NCBI GenBank assembly: GCA_051047955.1
Contig: JBPGPT010000030.1
Coordinates: 1-64,000, forward strand
From: Cystobasidiomycetes sp. EMM_F5
Lineage: Eukaryota
DNA length: 64,000 nt
Direction of reading: 5' to 3'
Below are positions 12,536 to 25,402 of the stretch, piece after piece. The translations under genes were made by a program, and so were the position numbers. The notes beneath the pieces were generated by a model, which did not search any database, was not told the origin of the DNA, and saw only the letters and a list, made by a program, of their open reading frames with translations. Positions within the stretch are counted from its first letter, which is position 1, and each line of letters starts with the position of its first letter.

Positions 12536-15491
12536 TTATACATCGAAAGCTGACGTACGAGCTCTTGGCCTGGCTTTCGCCATTCCGGCCATCAACGGTC
12601 GGTTCGCGTGCTCCGCCGCTGGAGCCCTCATAACGTTCCGTAATTGCTGAGCTGCAACAGCCGATATGTCCTCTTTATCTAACATGTGCAGTTCCGGCTG
12701 TACTTCGGAAGCAAGCTGCTTGATCTTGGCAGATTTGGCACGAAGGACGTGCTGTTCAAAGGGGTTCTGCTCCTCTTCTTGCTCGTCTGTTATTGATGGG
12801 GCTTGTCCGCCTGATACAGCACGACCGTCATCGAGCGACGATGATGAAGCGGTGCCTTTGTACGCCTTTGCTTGCCTTCCATCATTGGAGTCGAGTAAGC
12901 GTTTCAAGTATGCAAGCTGCTGAGATTGCTGTTGCAGCATAATGCGCATAATATCCATATTAGACGGCTCCTTATTCCGAGGTTCGGCTACGTCGTAGTC
13001 GTCATTCGAGGAGGGCGGTTCTGCTCGTGGGCTTTCCGATGATGCATCTTCAGCAGCAGGTCGATTTCTAGCCGGCCGGGCGAGTGGCAATGCTTTGGCA
13101 AGCCTGGGTTCGGTCAGTCGGTTCGCTACAGCTGCAGGCTTTGGCATGAAGACACGCGGTTTGGCTTTTCCGTCAGACTGTTTTGTCAAATGCTCTGGCT
13201 GACTCCCGTCTAGTTGTTGTGCAACAGCAGCAACCTTCTTCGCATTAGGATGGTGAGCACGAGCCTTGCCAACGGCAGGTGCGTCATGAACAGCAAAGGG
13301 ACGTTGTTTCCGCAGGAGTCGATCTTCTCTCAAAGAGCGCGCTTCATCAGAGAAACTCTGCAAATCTTGCGTATCGTCAGGGCTAGTGTAGTCGTTGCCA
13401 GTCGCGTATTCGCCCGACCTTAATAGGTGCTCGGACGCAATATTAGACTCGACGGAGTCATCGAAATGGTCTTCCAGTAATGGGCGATGCCGTCGTTCGC
13501 CCACCAGATATTGCTGTTCGTCTTCGCCGTGTATTGCACCTTGGCGTGCGACATCCGCTGGACCGCGATGAGCCGCCTCCAGCTGCCTGTTCTTGTTGTT
13601 TTGTGGTGTAAAGACCCTAGCGTGCGTATCGCCTGGCTTCTTCTGAGGTGCAGCGATGTCTTTTGCGGCCGCCTCTGGATGCCGTTGCAGTTCCGCATCA
13701 TGTATCTTGTGCACAGGCTCGAACTTCTTGACTCTTGCTGCAATTGCTCGAGCATCAGACCGGTCCATCTGTCGTTCACCGGCGTGCAAGCCAGCAGCTT
13801 GCGCTTTTGGCACCTCGGGACTATTTGCCTCCAGCAGTAGGCGACCAGCCTTCGCCGGAGAATCAATGTGTGGCTGCTGCGGCGAAAAGAAGCGCTGATT
13901 CCCTGGAGCATTGCCAATTGGGCGCATACCCGCTGCGTTGGACCCACCGGAGGACTCGCTTGAGTCGCTATTTCCTACTTGCTGCAATGTTGCATCCTTG
14001 GCCTTTCGAGGCGGTCCTATAAAGGATCTGGCCAGCTGATCCAGCAGAGTCCACAAAGCTTCAATGACGTCCGCTCTAACAAACTCAGCTTCATCTGAAG
14101 TCGAGTAGACTGGCTTGAGTATTTTCATCCAAATAATGGAGGGCGTGCCAGCACCGCCCTTGAGAGCTTCTCCGATGCTTGGGTCGGTGGGCTTTTTCGT
14201 TCTGCTGGACAAATCGTCCCAACCCAACGCCTCCAGTTCTTCGTCTGTATATTCACTGGCATACATTCGCAACTCTTTCTGCTTGTTGGCGTGTTCTAGA
14301 TCCGCTGGACGTATAGGCGGCAGATCTAAGCGAAAGCGGTCTGCATTTGTCCTCTTGCGCTGCTTCTCGATCTCTACTTTGTGCCGCGGAATGGTTGTGG
14401 ACATCATGAATCTGTCCTTCATCGTGCGTACCCATGCAATAATAGCTTTCTCGGTTACGCTGGAAGGCAGTCTACGCAGATTCGCCCGCATATACTGAAG
14501 GAGCCAAGTCGGCGGTTCTGGTAGTTGACTGACTATGACCCGCTTCAGCGGTGATTCGAGGTCGAGCAGTGCTGCCTGCATTTCAGCCGAATGGTCTATG
14601 GGGGTGAACATTGATTTTCCAAGCGCAGGAATAGGCGCTTCGCGGACTTCAGACGAGTCGGGACGTAAAACTGCCTGACCTGCTCCTCTTGGGAGAAGGG
14701 CGATAGGACCCTTCTTCTGAGGAACAAATACACGCTCAGAACTTGGTTTGTCGTCGACTGCGTATCTGATTTGACGGTGTTCTGCGGCCATGGGATGGAA
14801 TTTGTGGAGTTTGCTCTGTTTGTCGAGGAGCACGCGCGCGTATGACAGGACCGGATTAGTCCTTAGCGAACGGCGTTGTTGCCGTAAAGGGGCAGCGACC
14901 GTGATACCACACAACAGATAGTCGGGCTCCGACATGGATTGATTCATTCCACCAATCTTCCATCTGTAGCGTCACAATGCGAGTCAGATACTGGATGGCG
15001 GAGGGAGATGAACGCTCCTGACCTGCAACCTGTACATTGTCCACGACTCGTACAACCATGCATAAAGACATTTGAGACTTTTGTGCAATCAACTCCAGTC
15101 CCGTCCGCGACGCATCCCCCACAGCTGAATGGAGTGGAAAAGTCCACGCACTGTGAACAGGGTTTGTCAGCATGCTGTGCCAAACGCAACAAGGCTGCTG
15201 ACGTACAAGAAGGTCTGTCCCCCCGCGAGCTATCGGGCACAAGTTCTCGGAAGCCGTGCATACTGGTGTGTCGTGCTTGATGACTTGCTCGTGTTTAACC
15301 CACTGCTTGTGCAACGCACGAAGATAGGTATCTTCTTCGCCCAGAGCGCCAGCGAGAGCGACTGGCGCGGTATGGCTGACAATGAGGAGCAGGAGGGACA
15401 GCGGCAAAAGAGTTTTGCAGACGGCCGTGGGAGTGCATGCTGCTACCGATGATCCTGCCAATATTGGTCTGTGTCTGCTTTGCCCCGTCAT
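12536..15491 (-). CDS. Putative secreted/anchored protein with CPL1/PriA-like Cys-rich domain and long low-complexity C-terminal region (3-exon model, ~946 aa)
   Basis: Hydrophobic N-terminal segment LLPLSLLLLIV. Introns 15206-15151 and 15022-14964 (GT..CTGAC..AG) join CTASENLCP..CVDFSTPFSCGGC..GVDCT..GC..GQCTGC in frame to the 803-aa ORF 12536-14947. Confidence 0.6.
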
Positions 15492-16314
15492 GGCTGACCC
15501 GTGGCACGTGTGGCGTTGTCCTGCAGACGCGCTGCCCGAGCACCTCTTCCTTGTGTAACAGCAAGCAGACCTAGCGGAGCAGCAGGTTGGCAGAGGTTGT
15601 GGTGTGGAGCATTCGCAGAAGTGTCAGCTTGCACCGTCAGATACGGAGTTGCCTTCCTTGCTTTTTTATTTTTTGTTTGAAGTTTTGCCGCTGGTCTAGG
15701 GCGCGTCGCGAGATCCGATCGTCGCGTTTCGGTAAGGCATGCGAGCTTTAAAGAGCGGAGCTTTGCGCGTTTCTGAAAAGTCAATCCGATAGTTCACTTC
15801 AGCGTTCGCAATTCTGCGGCTGGCGCACCTCGTATTTAACATAGGTTTGTCCTGCAGACTCAGGTAAAAGTCGGCATACCAAACCAACAATTTGACATGC
15901 GGCTTTGCTACACCATGCACAAGCAACGGCAACCGACTAGAGGATAAGTTACAAGCTGTAAAGGCGCCGTGAGGTTCCGTGACAAAGGGATTGCTAGATA
16001 ATAATGCGAAATACTCTGTCCATATGCTACACGCTGAAGAAGGGTGAGAAGCACATGTCTCAGCTGATTGCTCGTCGTCTTTATACAATACGCAAAGGTG
16101 GCGTGATGTGAATCAGATAAAAAGGCAATAACAATGGTTGTCCACCTGACCCTGAGCATATTCCGAAGAAAAACGTCTGCAGGGCTTCGGAACAGGTCTG
16201 TAAGAGTTGTCTCATCGTTTGGAGATGGTGTATGAAAGGGGCAGGCGGTAAGATTTGAAGCGGACTCACTGGTGACGTAAGGTGCGTTAACAGGCGTATC
16301 AGTCCAAGCGAGAG

Positions 16315-17363
16315 TCAATACGCGATTGGCGGGCGTGGAGTCCTGTCTATGCGCGGCGCAGACGACGGAGGAAATTGAAAACCGCCTTGCATCGACTCTA
16401 CTGTGGCCTTGACGTTCGATATAGGTCCTGGCGCCTGCCGACCCCGCTGAATTGAAAAGGCCTGAGCGATGCTAAGACCAGCCGTGCCAGTACGGGATGA
16501 GGACGCATCGTCATCAAAATCAATATTCGACACAAGTACACTTGGTAGATTGCCGGATGGCGTTCGCATGTGTGGGATGATGAGCGTGTCTCGAGGCGAT
16601 GCCAATCGAGGTGAACTGCAAAGCGCCGGAGATCCCGTATCACGCAAGCTGTCTTCGCCATAAATGCGTCCTGCTTCACTGTGGTTGTTGGTGTCGGTAC
16701 TTGCCCCCATATCGTCATCATTGTCGTCGCTGGTCGTGAGACTCTGAAGGGCCCGTGCGAGATCTTCGGCTAGCGTATCTATATTCGGCGGATCTTCGCG
16801 GATCTGCTCCCAGCCAACGGGAGGCGACCCAGGTGGAGAGATGAGAAAGTTCTTGTCACTGTCCGGCACTGGAAGGTGTTGCCTGAAGCGGCGGTTGCGG
16901 ACCATGTCTAGAGGAGTAGGGAGTCCTCGATAGACGCGTAGAATGGTAGTACCGTCTCTGCGAAGAACGTAAAGTCTTGTCAGTCATTGCGCGGAGGACT
17001 GACACGATATTCGACTAGGGCTGACCTCGACCTGCGAGAATCTGCACGATTCGTTGACGTGGATGGTTCAGGGCCGAAGCCTTCAACGAGGGTATAGTCC
17101 ATGCCCAACTTCGCCTGCTCAGCAGCCTCCTCATCGCTGTAGACGACTACGACCCGCTCAAACGTCGTCAAGGGCACCCAGGCCTCGATATGTCCGTAGC
17201 GAGCGAAAAAATCTCGGAGGGAAGGGGTGATTGCGCTGTGCAGCAGCGAGGGGGGTACTTTGGTGACGAGGAGGGTGTTGGTCACCGCAGGCTGTGATGC
17301 AGACCCATTGCGACCGTCCAGAATTGCAGAGTGTCGATTCCTGACTTCGGGAGCTTCGACCAT
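16315..17363 (-). CDS. RCN1: Calcipressin (regulator of calcineurin)
   Basis: N-terminal RRM-like region, FLISPPGSPP signature, PSVLVS (PxIxIT-like) and terminal TPRPP motif. Confidence 0.92.
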
Positions 17364-17607
17364 TTAAGTTGGACGAAATGAAAGGAGACTGTTTGAAATC
17401 GAAGTCGTTTGACTGGGGCCCGCGCCAGTAGTAGCCCAGCTAACAGAGCAGAATGACGAGCAGGCTGAAAGTGGTCGATTGCAATTGTCGTGGTCCATAG
17501 CCTTGACATGTCTAGCCTCAAGACTGTGCCGTACAGTAACCGATCATGGTCGCCAGACGGCGCAGCTGTTTCACCTAGTCACAGTCGCTCATCCTTCGAG
17601 TCAACAC

Positions 17608-20600
17608 ATGCAAAGATGTACTGCTCAACGTTTCCGCTTTCAACATGTCGTATGGGAATCCCAGACCTTGGCTTGCTGCAACTTCGGCAAGGCTCGACCT
17701 TTGCGCGTCCACAACATGTCCTCCTCCAGTTGTACGAGAGCCAGCGAGGTGACTGCTGCGAAGACTGCGAATCCCGAAACGCCCAATAGCAAAGCCTACT
17801 CCAAGACCCTTCTTCTTCCTCAAACTAAATTCCCTATGAGAGCAGAGGCAGCCAAGCGCGACCATCTGTTTCGTGACCGGACGACAAACGAGCTTTACGA
17901 TTGGCAGGTATGCCCTACATTACTGCAAGCATGGCAAATGTTTCATGTGACAGCAGCCTGATCATCCTACTCCATGCGTGCTTACTGCTCATAGTGGGCA
18001 CAAAAAGACAGACCTTTATACATTTTGCAGGATGGACCGCCATTTGCCAATGGCAATTTACACATCGGTGTGTTTCTGTATATGATTCATGTAACATTGG
18101 TAGTCTCGCTTAACCAGTTTCATCACGTTGTAGGTCATGCCCTCAACAAAATTCTCAAGGATATCGTCATTCGGTACAAAGTGTTAAGGGGTTATCGTGT
18201 ACTGTTAGTCTCGCTCAATGTGCTCTATGAGCATTGCAAAGCTGTTTCAAGCTAAGACGTCGCATGCAGGTTCATACCGGGTTGGGATTGTCACGGCTTA
18301 CCCATCGAGCATAAAGCCCTACAGCAATTGCAAACAGATCACCGAGAACTGTCGCCCATGGATATCCGACGATTGGCGCGAAAGCTTGCGCAGAAAGCAA
18401 TCAAAACTCAAATGGCAGAATTCAAGGATTTCGCGATAATGGCAAATTGGGATAAAACGTATCAGACTTTTGGTGATTTATCAAGAGCCAGGGCGAGGCG
18501 TTGGCGATGCTGATGCAAAATATCTTATAGATAAGGAGTATGAGCTCAGGCAATTGCGCGTCTTCCAGATCATGGTGCAGAAAGGTAAGTCTGTATAGAC
18601 TTTGCCTTTTGCAACGATGCCCACAAGGTGATACTTTCCGCAAGGTCTCATTTACAGGGCCTCGAAACCCGTGTTGTGGTCGCCTTCGTCTCGTACAGCA
18701 CTAGCGGAAGCAGAAGTAGATTACAACGAAAACCACGTATCAGAATCAGCTTTCGTCAAATTTCCGCTCAAACGGCATACCGCCGAGTTGACAAATCTGC
18801 TGATTCGCAACGGCCTGGCTCAAGACACGCGTGTGAGCCTCGCCATATGGACGACTACGCCTTGGACATTGCCTGCCAACATGGTAAGGGAACGTCTGAC
18901 TTCAGCTCGCTTCGGCGCATTCGAGCTCACAAACCGTGTCTAGTTCGTTGCTTACGGTACGGACATCGAATATGTTCTGGCAACTGTCGGTCAAAGCGGA
19001 GACGCGTTAATACTGGCAAGGGCTCGCCTAGAACCGCTATCAAACACAATCAACGCATCTCTCCGCGTTGTATTTGTGATTCCCAGTAAGTAAGACTGAC
19101 AAGCGGTTAAGAGTCACGCCTGAATTTGCACTGATAACTCATACAGCTTCTGTACTCAGAACCCTTACCTATCAGGCACCTTTCCACGTTGAAGCTGATA
19201 TGCCAGTCATACCTGCCGACTACGTGACCGCCGACTCGGGGACAGGTTTAGTACACTGCGCAGCAGCACACGGAGTCGAGGACTACAAAGCATTCCGGAA
19301 CCATTTGAGCGGTGCCAATTCGGATCAAACTGCGTTCCCCATCATTTCGCCAGTAGACGTAGACGGTCTTTTCGGGGATGATCCCACAGGGCGAATCCTG
19401 CCTGAAGTACTAGAGAAGCTGCGCGGCAAGCATGTCATGAATGACGGTTCCTTAGAAATCCTGACCATGCTGCGCAATTCATCACAATTACTGGGCACCA
19501 TGAAGATTCGCCACAAATACGCGTATGACTGGCGGACAAAGCAGCCAACCATCTTCAGGTGAATCAACGATTCACTTTGAGAGTTACTGCTGTGTAAATG
19601 CTGACTTCCCTCCAGGACTACGCCGCAATGGTTCGCGAATCTGGACAAGATCAAAGACGGAGCGATTTCTGCCTTGCAGGATGTGCACTTTGTCCCCGCT
19701 CAAGGTATTGCTACGTCTCCATTCTAGGTATTCACGCTGATGAATGGCAAATAAGGACGAAATCGGCTAGAGGCGTTCGTCAAAGCGCGCTCAGAGTGGT
19801 GCTTCTCCAGACAACGCGCTTGGGGCGTCCCAATCCCTGCTCTCTATGATGACACCACCGCCGAGGCCATTATGGATACGGATAGCATTGAACACATTGT
19901 TGATGTCTTGCGAGAGAAGGGCGTAGATCACTGGTGGACAGGGCCGATCGAGGACTTCCTGCCTCGTTATTTGAGGGACTCAGGTCGGACGTATCGAAAA
20001 GGCATCGACACCATGGATGTGTGGTTTGATAGTGGCACTTCATGGACTGGCACAGTCGAGATGAGCGAAAACGAAGGCTATCGGGATCGTATACCCACAG
20101 CAGACGTCTACGTCGAAGGCTCCGATCAGCACCGGGGCTGGTTCCAGTCTTCGCTGTTGACATCCGTAGCCGTGTCCGGCAACGCGCCATACGCATCGAT
20201 TGTGACTCATGGTTTCGCGTTAGACGGCAAAGGTGTCAAGATGAGCAAATCTATCGGAAACGTCGTTAGTCCTCTAGAGATAGTGCATGGCGGAAAAGAC
20301 AAAGCCAAAGAACCAGCCTACGGAGCCGATGTTCTTCGATTCTGGGCTGCCTCTTCCGCTTACACTGGCGACGTACACATATCTAACAATATCATTGCTA
20401 ATGCATCTGAAGGCTTGCGCAAGATTCGCAATACTGTCCGCTTCCTGTTGGGCAATCTGTCAAGCGCCAGCACCGTCCGACAAAACATTCCGCAAGATTC
20501 ACTCAGCATTGTTGGGCGCGTTGCACTTCCTGAAAGGTATGCGGGCTGACGTTGGTGAATCATCAGATTGACAGCGCCATCTTGCACGAGATAGCAGACT

Positions 20601-21602
20601 TAGAGGAGGCCGCAAGACGAGCCTACGATGACTTTGCTTTCAGCCGCGGTAGGTGGTCTTACTATTGAAGTAAAGTCAATCTTGCCTGACTAGGCTGCAG
20701 CTATGGCGGCAGTCAGCCACTTTTGCAGCTCGACGCTGTCATCCTTCTACTTTGAAATCGTCAAGGATACTCTGTTCAATGATAAAGTCAGCTCTCACAA
20801 AAGAGCTGCCGTGATTGCTGTCATGAGACGAGCAAGTCTTACTATTGTAAGCGCCGAGCGTGGCTGACTTATGTAACACAGGCACTGTCGGTGATTTGTT
20901 CAATCATGGCTCCAGTGGCGCCTCATCTAGTGGAAGATGCATGGCAGCATCTGCAGAATAGTCGAGGACTGCAACCTTCAAGCTTCTTTCGCGAAGGATG
21001 GGCTGAAATGGTAGGTTCAGTATGCTTTGACAGCGAAAGCTGTGCCCTTAGATTGTCATTGTACAGGATTCATCCTATACAGAATCTGAAGTGCACAAGG
21101 ACGTAATCAAGTTGCGCAACGTACGCGATGTCATCATGTCGCTCCTGGAAACAGCGCGCTCGGAGAAGTGAGAGAATCTCGCCCAGCTTGAATGCTGATC
21201 ATCTAATTTTTTGTGTCTGCAGACTTATCGGCAGTCCGGCAGAGGCCGAAATCCACGTTACCTACAAGCATGCAAGTGACCCTCTCCCAGTCTTGTTACA
21301 GGCAAATCGTACGTGTGCAAACTTTTGTCGGTCGGTCGCTGCTCCTGAGCGCCTGTTTACGATCAGCCTCAATCCTTCGCGACGTCTTCATGGTCTCGCG
21401 GGTAACGCTTTCCGAGAGATCTCTGGACGATTCGTCCCAGCCATCATGGCGCAAAGAGGCGACACATCACAGTCCAGACGGGTCTCTACATCTGTCTGTA
21501 CAGCCAGTCAGCGGAACGCTAAAGTGTCCCAGATGCTGGCTGCACACGCGGCAACCGGAAGAGGAATTGTGCGTTAGATGTCAGGATGTGTTGTCAGCGT
21601 AA
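17608..21602 (+). CDS. ISM1: Isoleucyl-tRNA synthetase, mitochondrial (bacterial type)
   Basis: [59 protein letters not shown] and a C-terminal CPRC..C..C zinc finger; many introns. Confidence 0.95.
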
Positions 21603-21684
21603 AACGTATAGATGAGCGCGTTTCCACATTCTAATCACACAACATCAACACAAAACCTGATGTCCGCATATTGTCGGGGTTGAC

Positions 21685-23798
21685 ATGATTGGCAACTCAT
21701 GCGACGTCAGCGAAGTCGAAGAGACGCCAGAGCCCGAGAGAAATGGATCAGACCTCGATAATCTTGCTGCCCGCTACGCGCAGCAGGCCGAGCATGGTGA
21801 GGACGACGATGATGAAATGGACGCGGACGCCGAGGTAGCAGACGATTGGGTGGCAGACGCAGTGGCCGCCAGCCTTGACCGACACGACGATGATGGCACG
21901 GGCGGCGTATACGTCAAGCTCGAAGATGGCCACGCAGACCCACTGGCCATAACATCTTCAATACCAGACTCGCCGGTTTACGATGAGCGGGAGTCCTCCG
22001 TTGCGGACGCGCCCGTCAAGGCGCGAACAGTAGGTTCGGTGTCCATTTCGCAGCTGCTAGAGCTAAGCCGCCTTGCCTAAAGGAGCGCGCATCGTCAACG
22101 ACTTCATCGCTAAACTTGAAAGGCAGCACGCGAAGCAATAGCCACTACAAACGAAAGCTTGGCCAAGATTCTCCAGGATCTACGCCTGCGCCCGTGGACC
22201 GTTCATCAGACGTGTCTGTCGCGCCGACGCTCGTACCATCCTCCATCCCGGGCTTCTTCTCCACCAGAAATTATGCAATCAACAGGGCAAACTTTCGTTA
22301 CCTGCCATGTAGACCGTCGCCTAGCTGGCTACCGCTCAATTACCTCTGTCAAATCATTCATTCCCCACCTGCGAACATTGTGCGCTTCAGCTGGGAGGAC
22401 CGCTCACATTACGTTCACATAGCCGCAGACGCTACGAGCATTACCACTGAAAAAGGTTTCAGATCTGCTAGAGCAAACGTTCCTATACGCGAAGGCGCGT
22501 GGTACTACGAGGTTCTCATAGAGAAGGGAGTCGACAGCAGCAGTAGCGGACTGTCGAAACCTGCCTCGCCTGCCTCACCTCACGTTAGAATCGGTATCAG
22601 CCGGCGTGAAGCTCCCCTCAACGCTCCCGTGGGGTTCGATGGGTACAGCTACGGATTCAGAGACAAAACAGGAGAAAAGGTTCATATATCTGAAACACGT
22701 CCGTATGGTCAGCCCTTCGTTACCGGAGACGTTGTCGGAGTCTACGTCTATCTGCCGCCACGACCTAAGCCATTGCTCACCGCCGAGCATCCAGATTATA
22801 ACGTCGATCCAGATGATCCGTCTAGAATAGTTCGAAAGCTCGCCCAGGTGCACTACAAAGGCCAATTGTATCTGGAAGCCACCGAATACGTCGCAAGCAA
22901 GGAGATGGAAGATTTAGCGGCACGCACACGAGATCCTGTCGCCTTCGAAAAAGCCCTCTTAGAAGCGGCTCAGAAGAAATCTGCACCACCTCCTGGCAAG
23001 CGCAAAGCGCCCGCACCGCCCAAAGCACCTCCGGCAAGGCCATTGCCGATATTGCCCGGGTCCAGGCTAGCTTTTTTCGTCAATGGTGTATATCAGGGAG
23101 TTGCGTTTGAGGACATGTTCGACTTTCTACCTTTACGGCAACATGCGAGGGAAAAGCCAAACGCAAGGACATCTTTGGCCAATGCAATCCATATCGCGAG
23201 GGAGAACCACCATGACGATGGCTCTTTGGGCTACTATCCGACAGTCAGCGTCTACAGCGGTGGCACCGCCAGGTTGAACCCTGGACCAGACTTCGCGTTT
23301 CCTCCGTTGCCAAATTTTACTACCGAGAGTGACATGCACATGAAGGCGGACGAGGCGATTACTTCGGACACGTCCCTGTGGCGACCCTTGTGTCAGCTAT
23401 ACGAGGAGCACTATAGCATGCTGCGCTACCTGGATGAAATCGATGAGCGCGTCGGGCTCGCGAGATATGAGGCCAAAGTACGCAACGGGCTGATTCCAGC
23501 GGTCCCTGCGCGCGAGGGTGGCAGGAAAGCCTCTGTGCGAAGCGCAAGTCCAGCAAGTGCTCCCACGGAGAGATCCACAAATGGCGCACATACGCGAGTT
23601 AAAGCTAGAACCACATTGTCGAAAGAAATGGCCAGGAGCGTGTCATCAGGAGACGAATCTAACATTCCGACAGGGCTTTTGCAGTATGACGAGAGCATGC
23701 ACAGAACGCTGCAAAATAGCCAGACAGACGCAGACGAGAAGCCAAGCGTAAACGGCTCCCCGGTAGTGAGCGAAGCAATCTCAATGCACATGATGTAG
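21685..23798 (+). CDS. ASH2: COMPASS subunit Ash2/Bre2 (SPRY domain)
   Basis: EKGFRSARANVPIREGAWYYEV, RREAPLNAPVGFDGYSYGFRD, DDGSLGYYPTVS..NPGPDF; intron about 22030-22082. Confidence 0.92.
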
Positions 23799-23920
23799 GG
23801 AAATGCTGCTTGCGATGATACAATTCATAAAAGCTTTACGCACGTAATATATTGCGCTAGGTGCAATGTCGTAGCGCTCGTTACACGTAAGGTGTACACA
23901 TTCCTGCTTCTATCCGTGGC

Positions 23921-25267
23921 TCAATGAGAGGACTTGTCCTTCCGCTTCGATTTGTCCTTCTTGCCCGCTCGGGAGCTCAGGGTACCCGCTAACAAGCCAG
24001 TGCCGACTATGCCAGTCAAGACGTACAGCCCTCTTGACTCTTCGCTGTTCAGAGGCCGATCGTGAAATTTGAAGTCTGACTTCCCGCTTCCTGATTGACT
24101 TTGACCGATCGGTTCCGACAGCGGCGGTATCTTGACTCCAGTCTCGCTTTCAAGCATGCTCAGCACGGAGCTACCCTGCTTGAACGCTTGCTTTGCTGCA
24201 GATTTAGCTTTGGTTTTGAGACGTATACCAAGCGAAGTAAACATGTCCTCCAGCAGCCCGGCATCGTTGAGGTAGACAAACTCTTTCTTTGGCTCATTTG
24301 TTACAGCTTCGGGATCCTCTTCGACCTATCATCGTAGATCAGCCCTAAAATGAAGAAGTACCGACTTGAAAAGTAAAACTGACCTTTTGGGCAGACCCTG
24401 GATGATGGACTTCCTGCTCGCCTTGTGAGACCGAATGAACTTTGGGCGTCAACCAGCTGGGATGCATTGTGAAGGGTTGTACAAAGGGGTCTGAGATCGT
24501 CCGAAACGGTTAGTACGATTCTCGCACATATCGAGACGTTCGAGAGCAGACTGACCGTGATCCGCAGAGTTTGTATATTGGTCTGGGAGGCTGGGAATCA
24601 TTATTTCTGCGTTATCTGCAGCAATCTCGGTGGATGGTAGATTGATGTTGGTTGGCTGGCTTGCCGTCATTGCCGGCATGTCGATTCCTCCGCCAGGGAC
24701 CGCTTCAGCTTGCTCTGCCGCTTGATCCGCCGTAGATTTGTCGACCACCAGACCGGGACCAGCAAGCACAGCGTCTTTTGGCGCCGCTTCGCCAGCAGTA
24801 GGAGGTTGCGAGCCAGCAATGACGGGTGATGGAGAGAAGACTGGCACAGTTTCCGCGGCGACCGCTGGGGAGACATCAGCGTTGGCAGTGTCCGCGGACG
24901 AAGTGGCTTTAATAGAAGAAGGAGCTGGAGCAACTGATCTTGACGTTGTCGAAAATGCAGCAGTTGTGGGGTTCTGGGATGTGACGGTTGACGAGCGTGG
25001 AGAGGGAGTCGCAGCTGGTCCACGGGATACAGCTTCCAGCAAGCGGTCGACCAGGTCCTTCTTCTTGCCAACACTCGACAGGCCGCGACCTCGCAGCTCG
25101 CTCTGAAGCTGCTTTACCGTCTGTCTTTCGAGCTGCCCTTTTTGCGACGATAGCAGGACTGCGCTGACCAGCGATCTGGACGGTGTACTCGGGACAGGCG
25201 GCACTGTGGACGCCTGCGCTCGAGCTGCAGCCCGCAGGCTTCCTATCGACCGCTTCGCTGCTAGCAT
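23921..25267 (-). CDS. Mitochondrial SAP-domain protein, Aim34-like
   Basis: Presequence, SAP motif TVKQLQSELRGRGLSSVGKKKDLVDRL, and C-terminal RPLNSEESRG followed by a TM segment. Confidence 0.75.
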
Positions 25268-25402
25268 GTTTGGGTATTCGTCGGGAGAAGACAAGATGCC
25301 CGCCTCCCTGAAAGACCAATGACGCGCAGATGGGAAAGTAAACAAAATGCATATCTTTGGATACATCAAGCACGAGACTACTGCGGTACAACACAACGCC
25401 CT

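Noticed and set aside
16100..16160. Possible C/D snoRNA (GTGATG...CTGA; 11-nt match AGGCAATAACA to a remembered 18S segment)
   Set aside because: Imperfect C box, the match is sense to rRNA on the strand carrying the boxes, and guide-to-D-box spacing is wrong on the other strand; probably calcipressin 3' flank.
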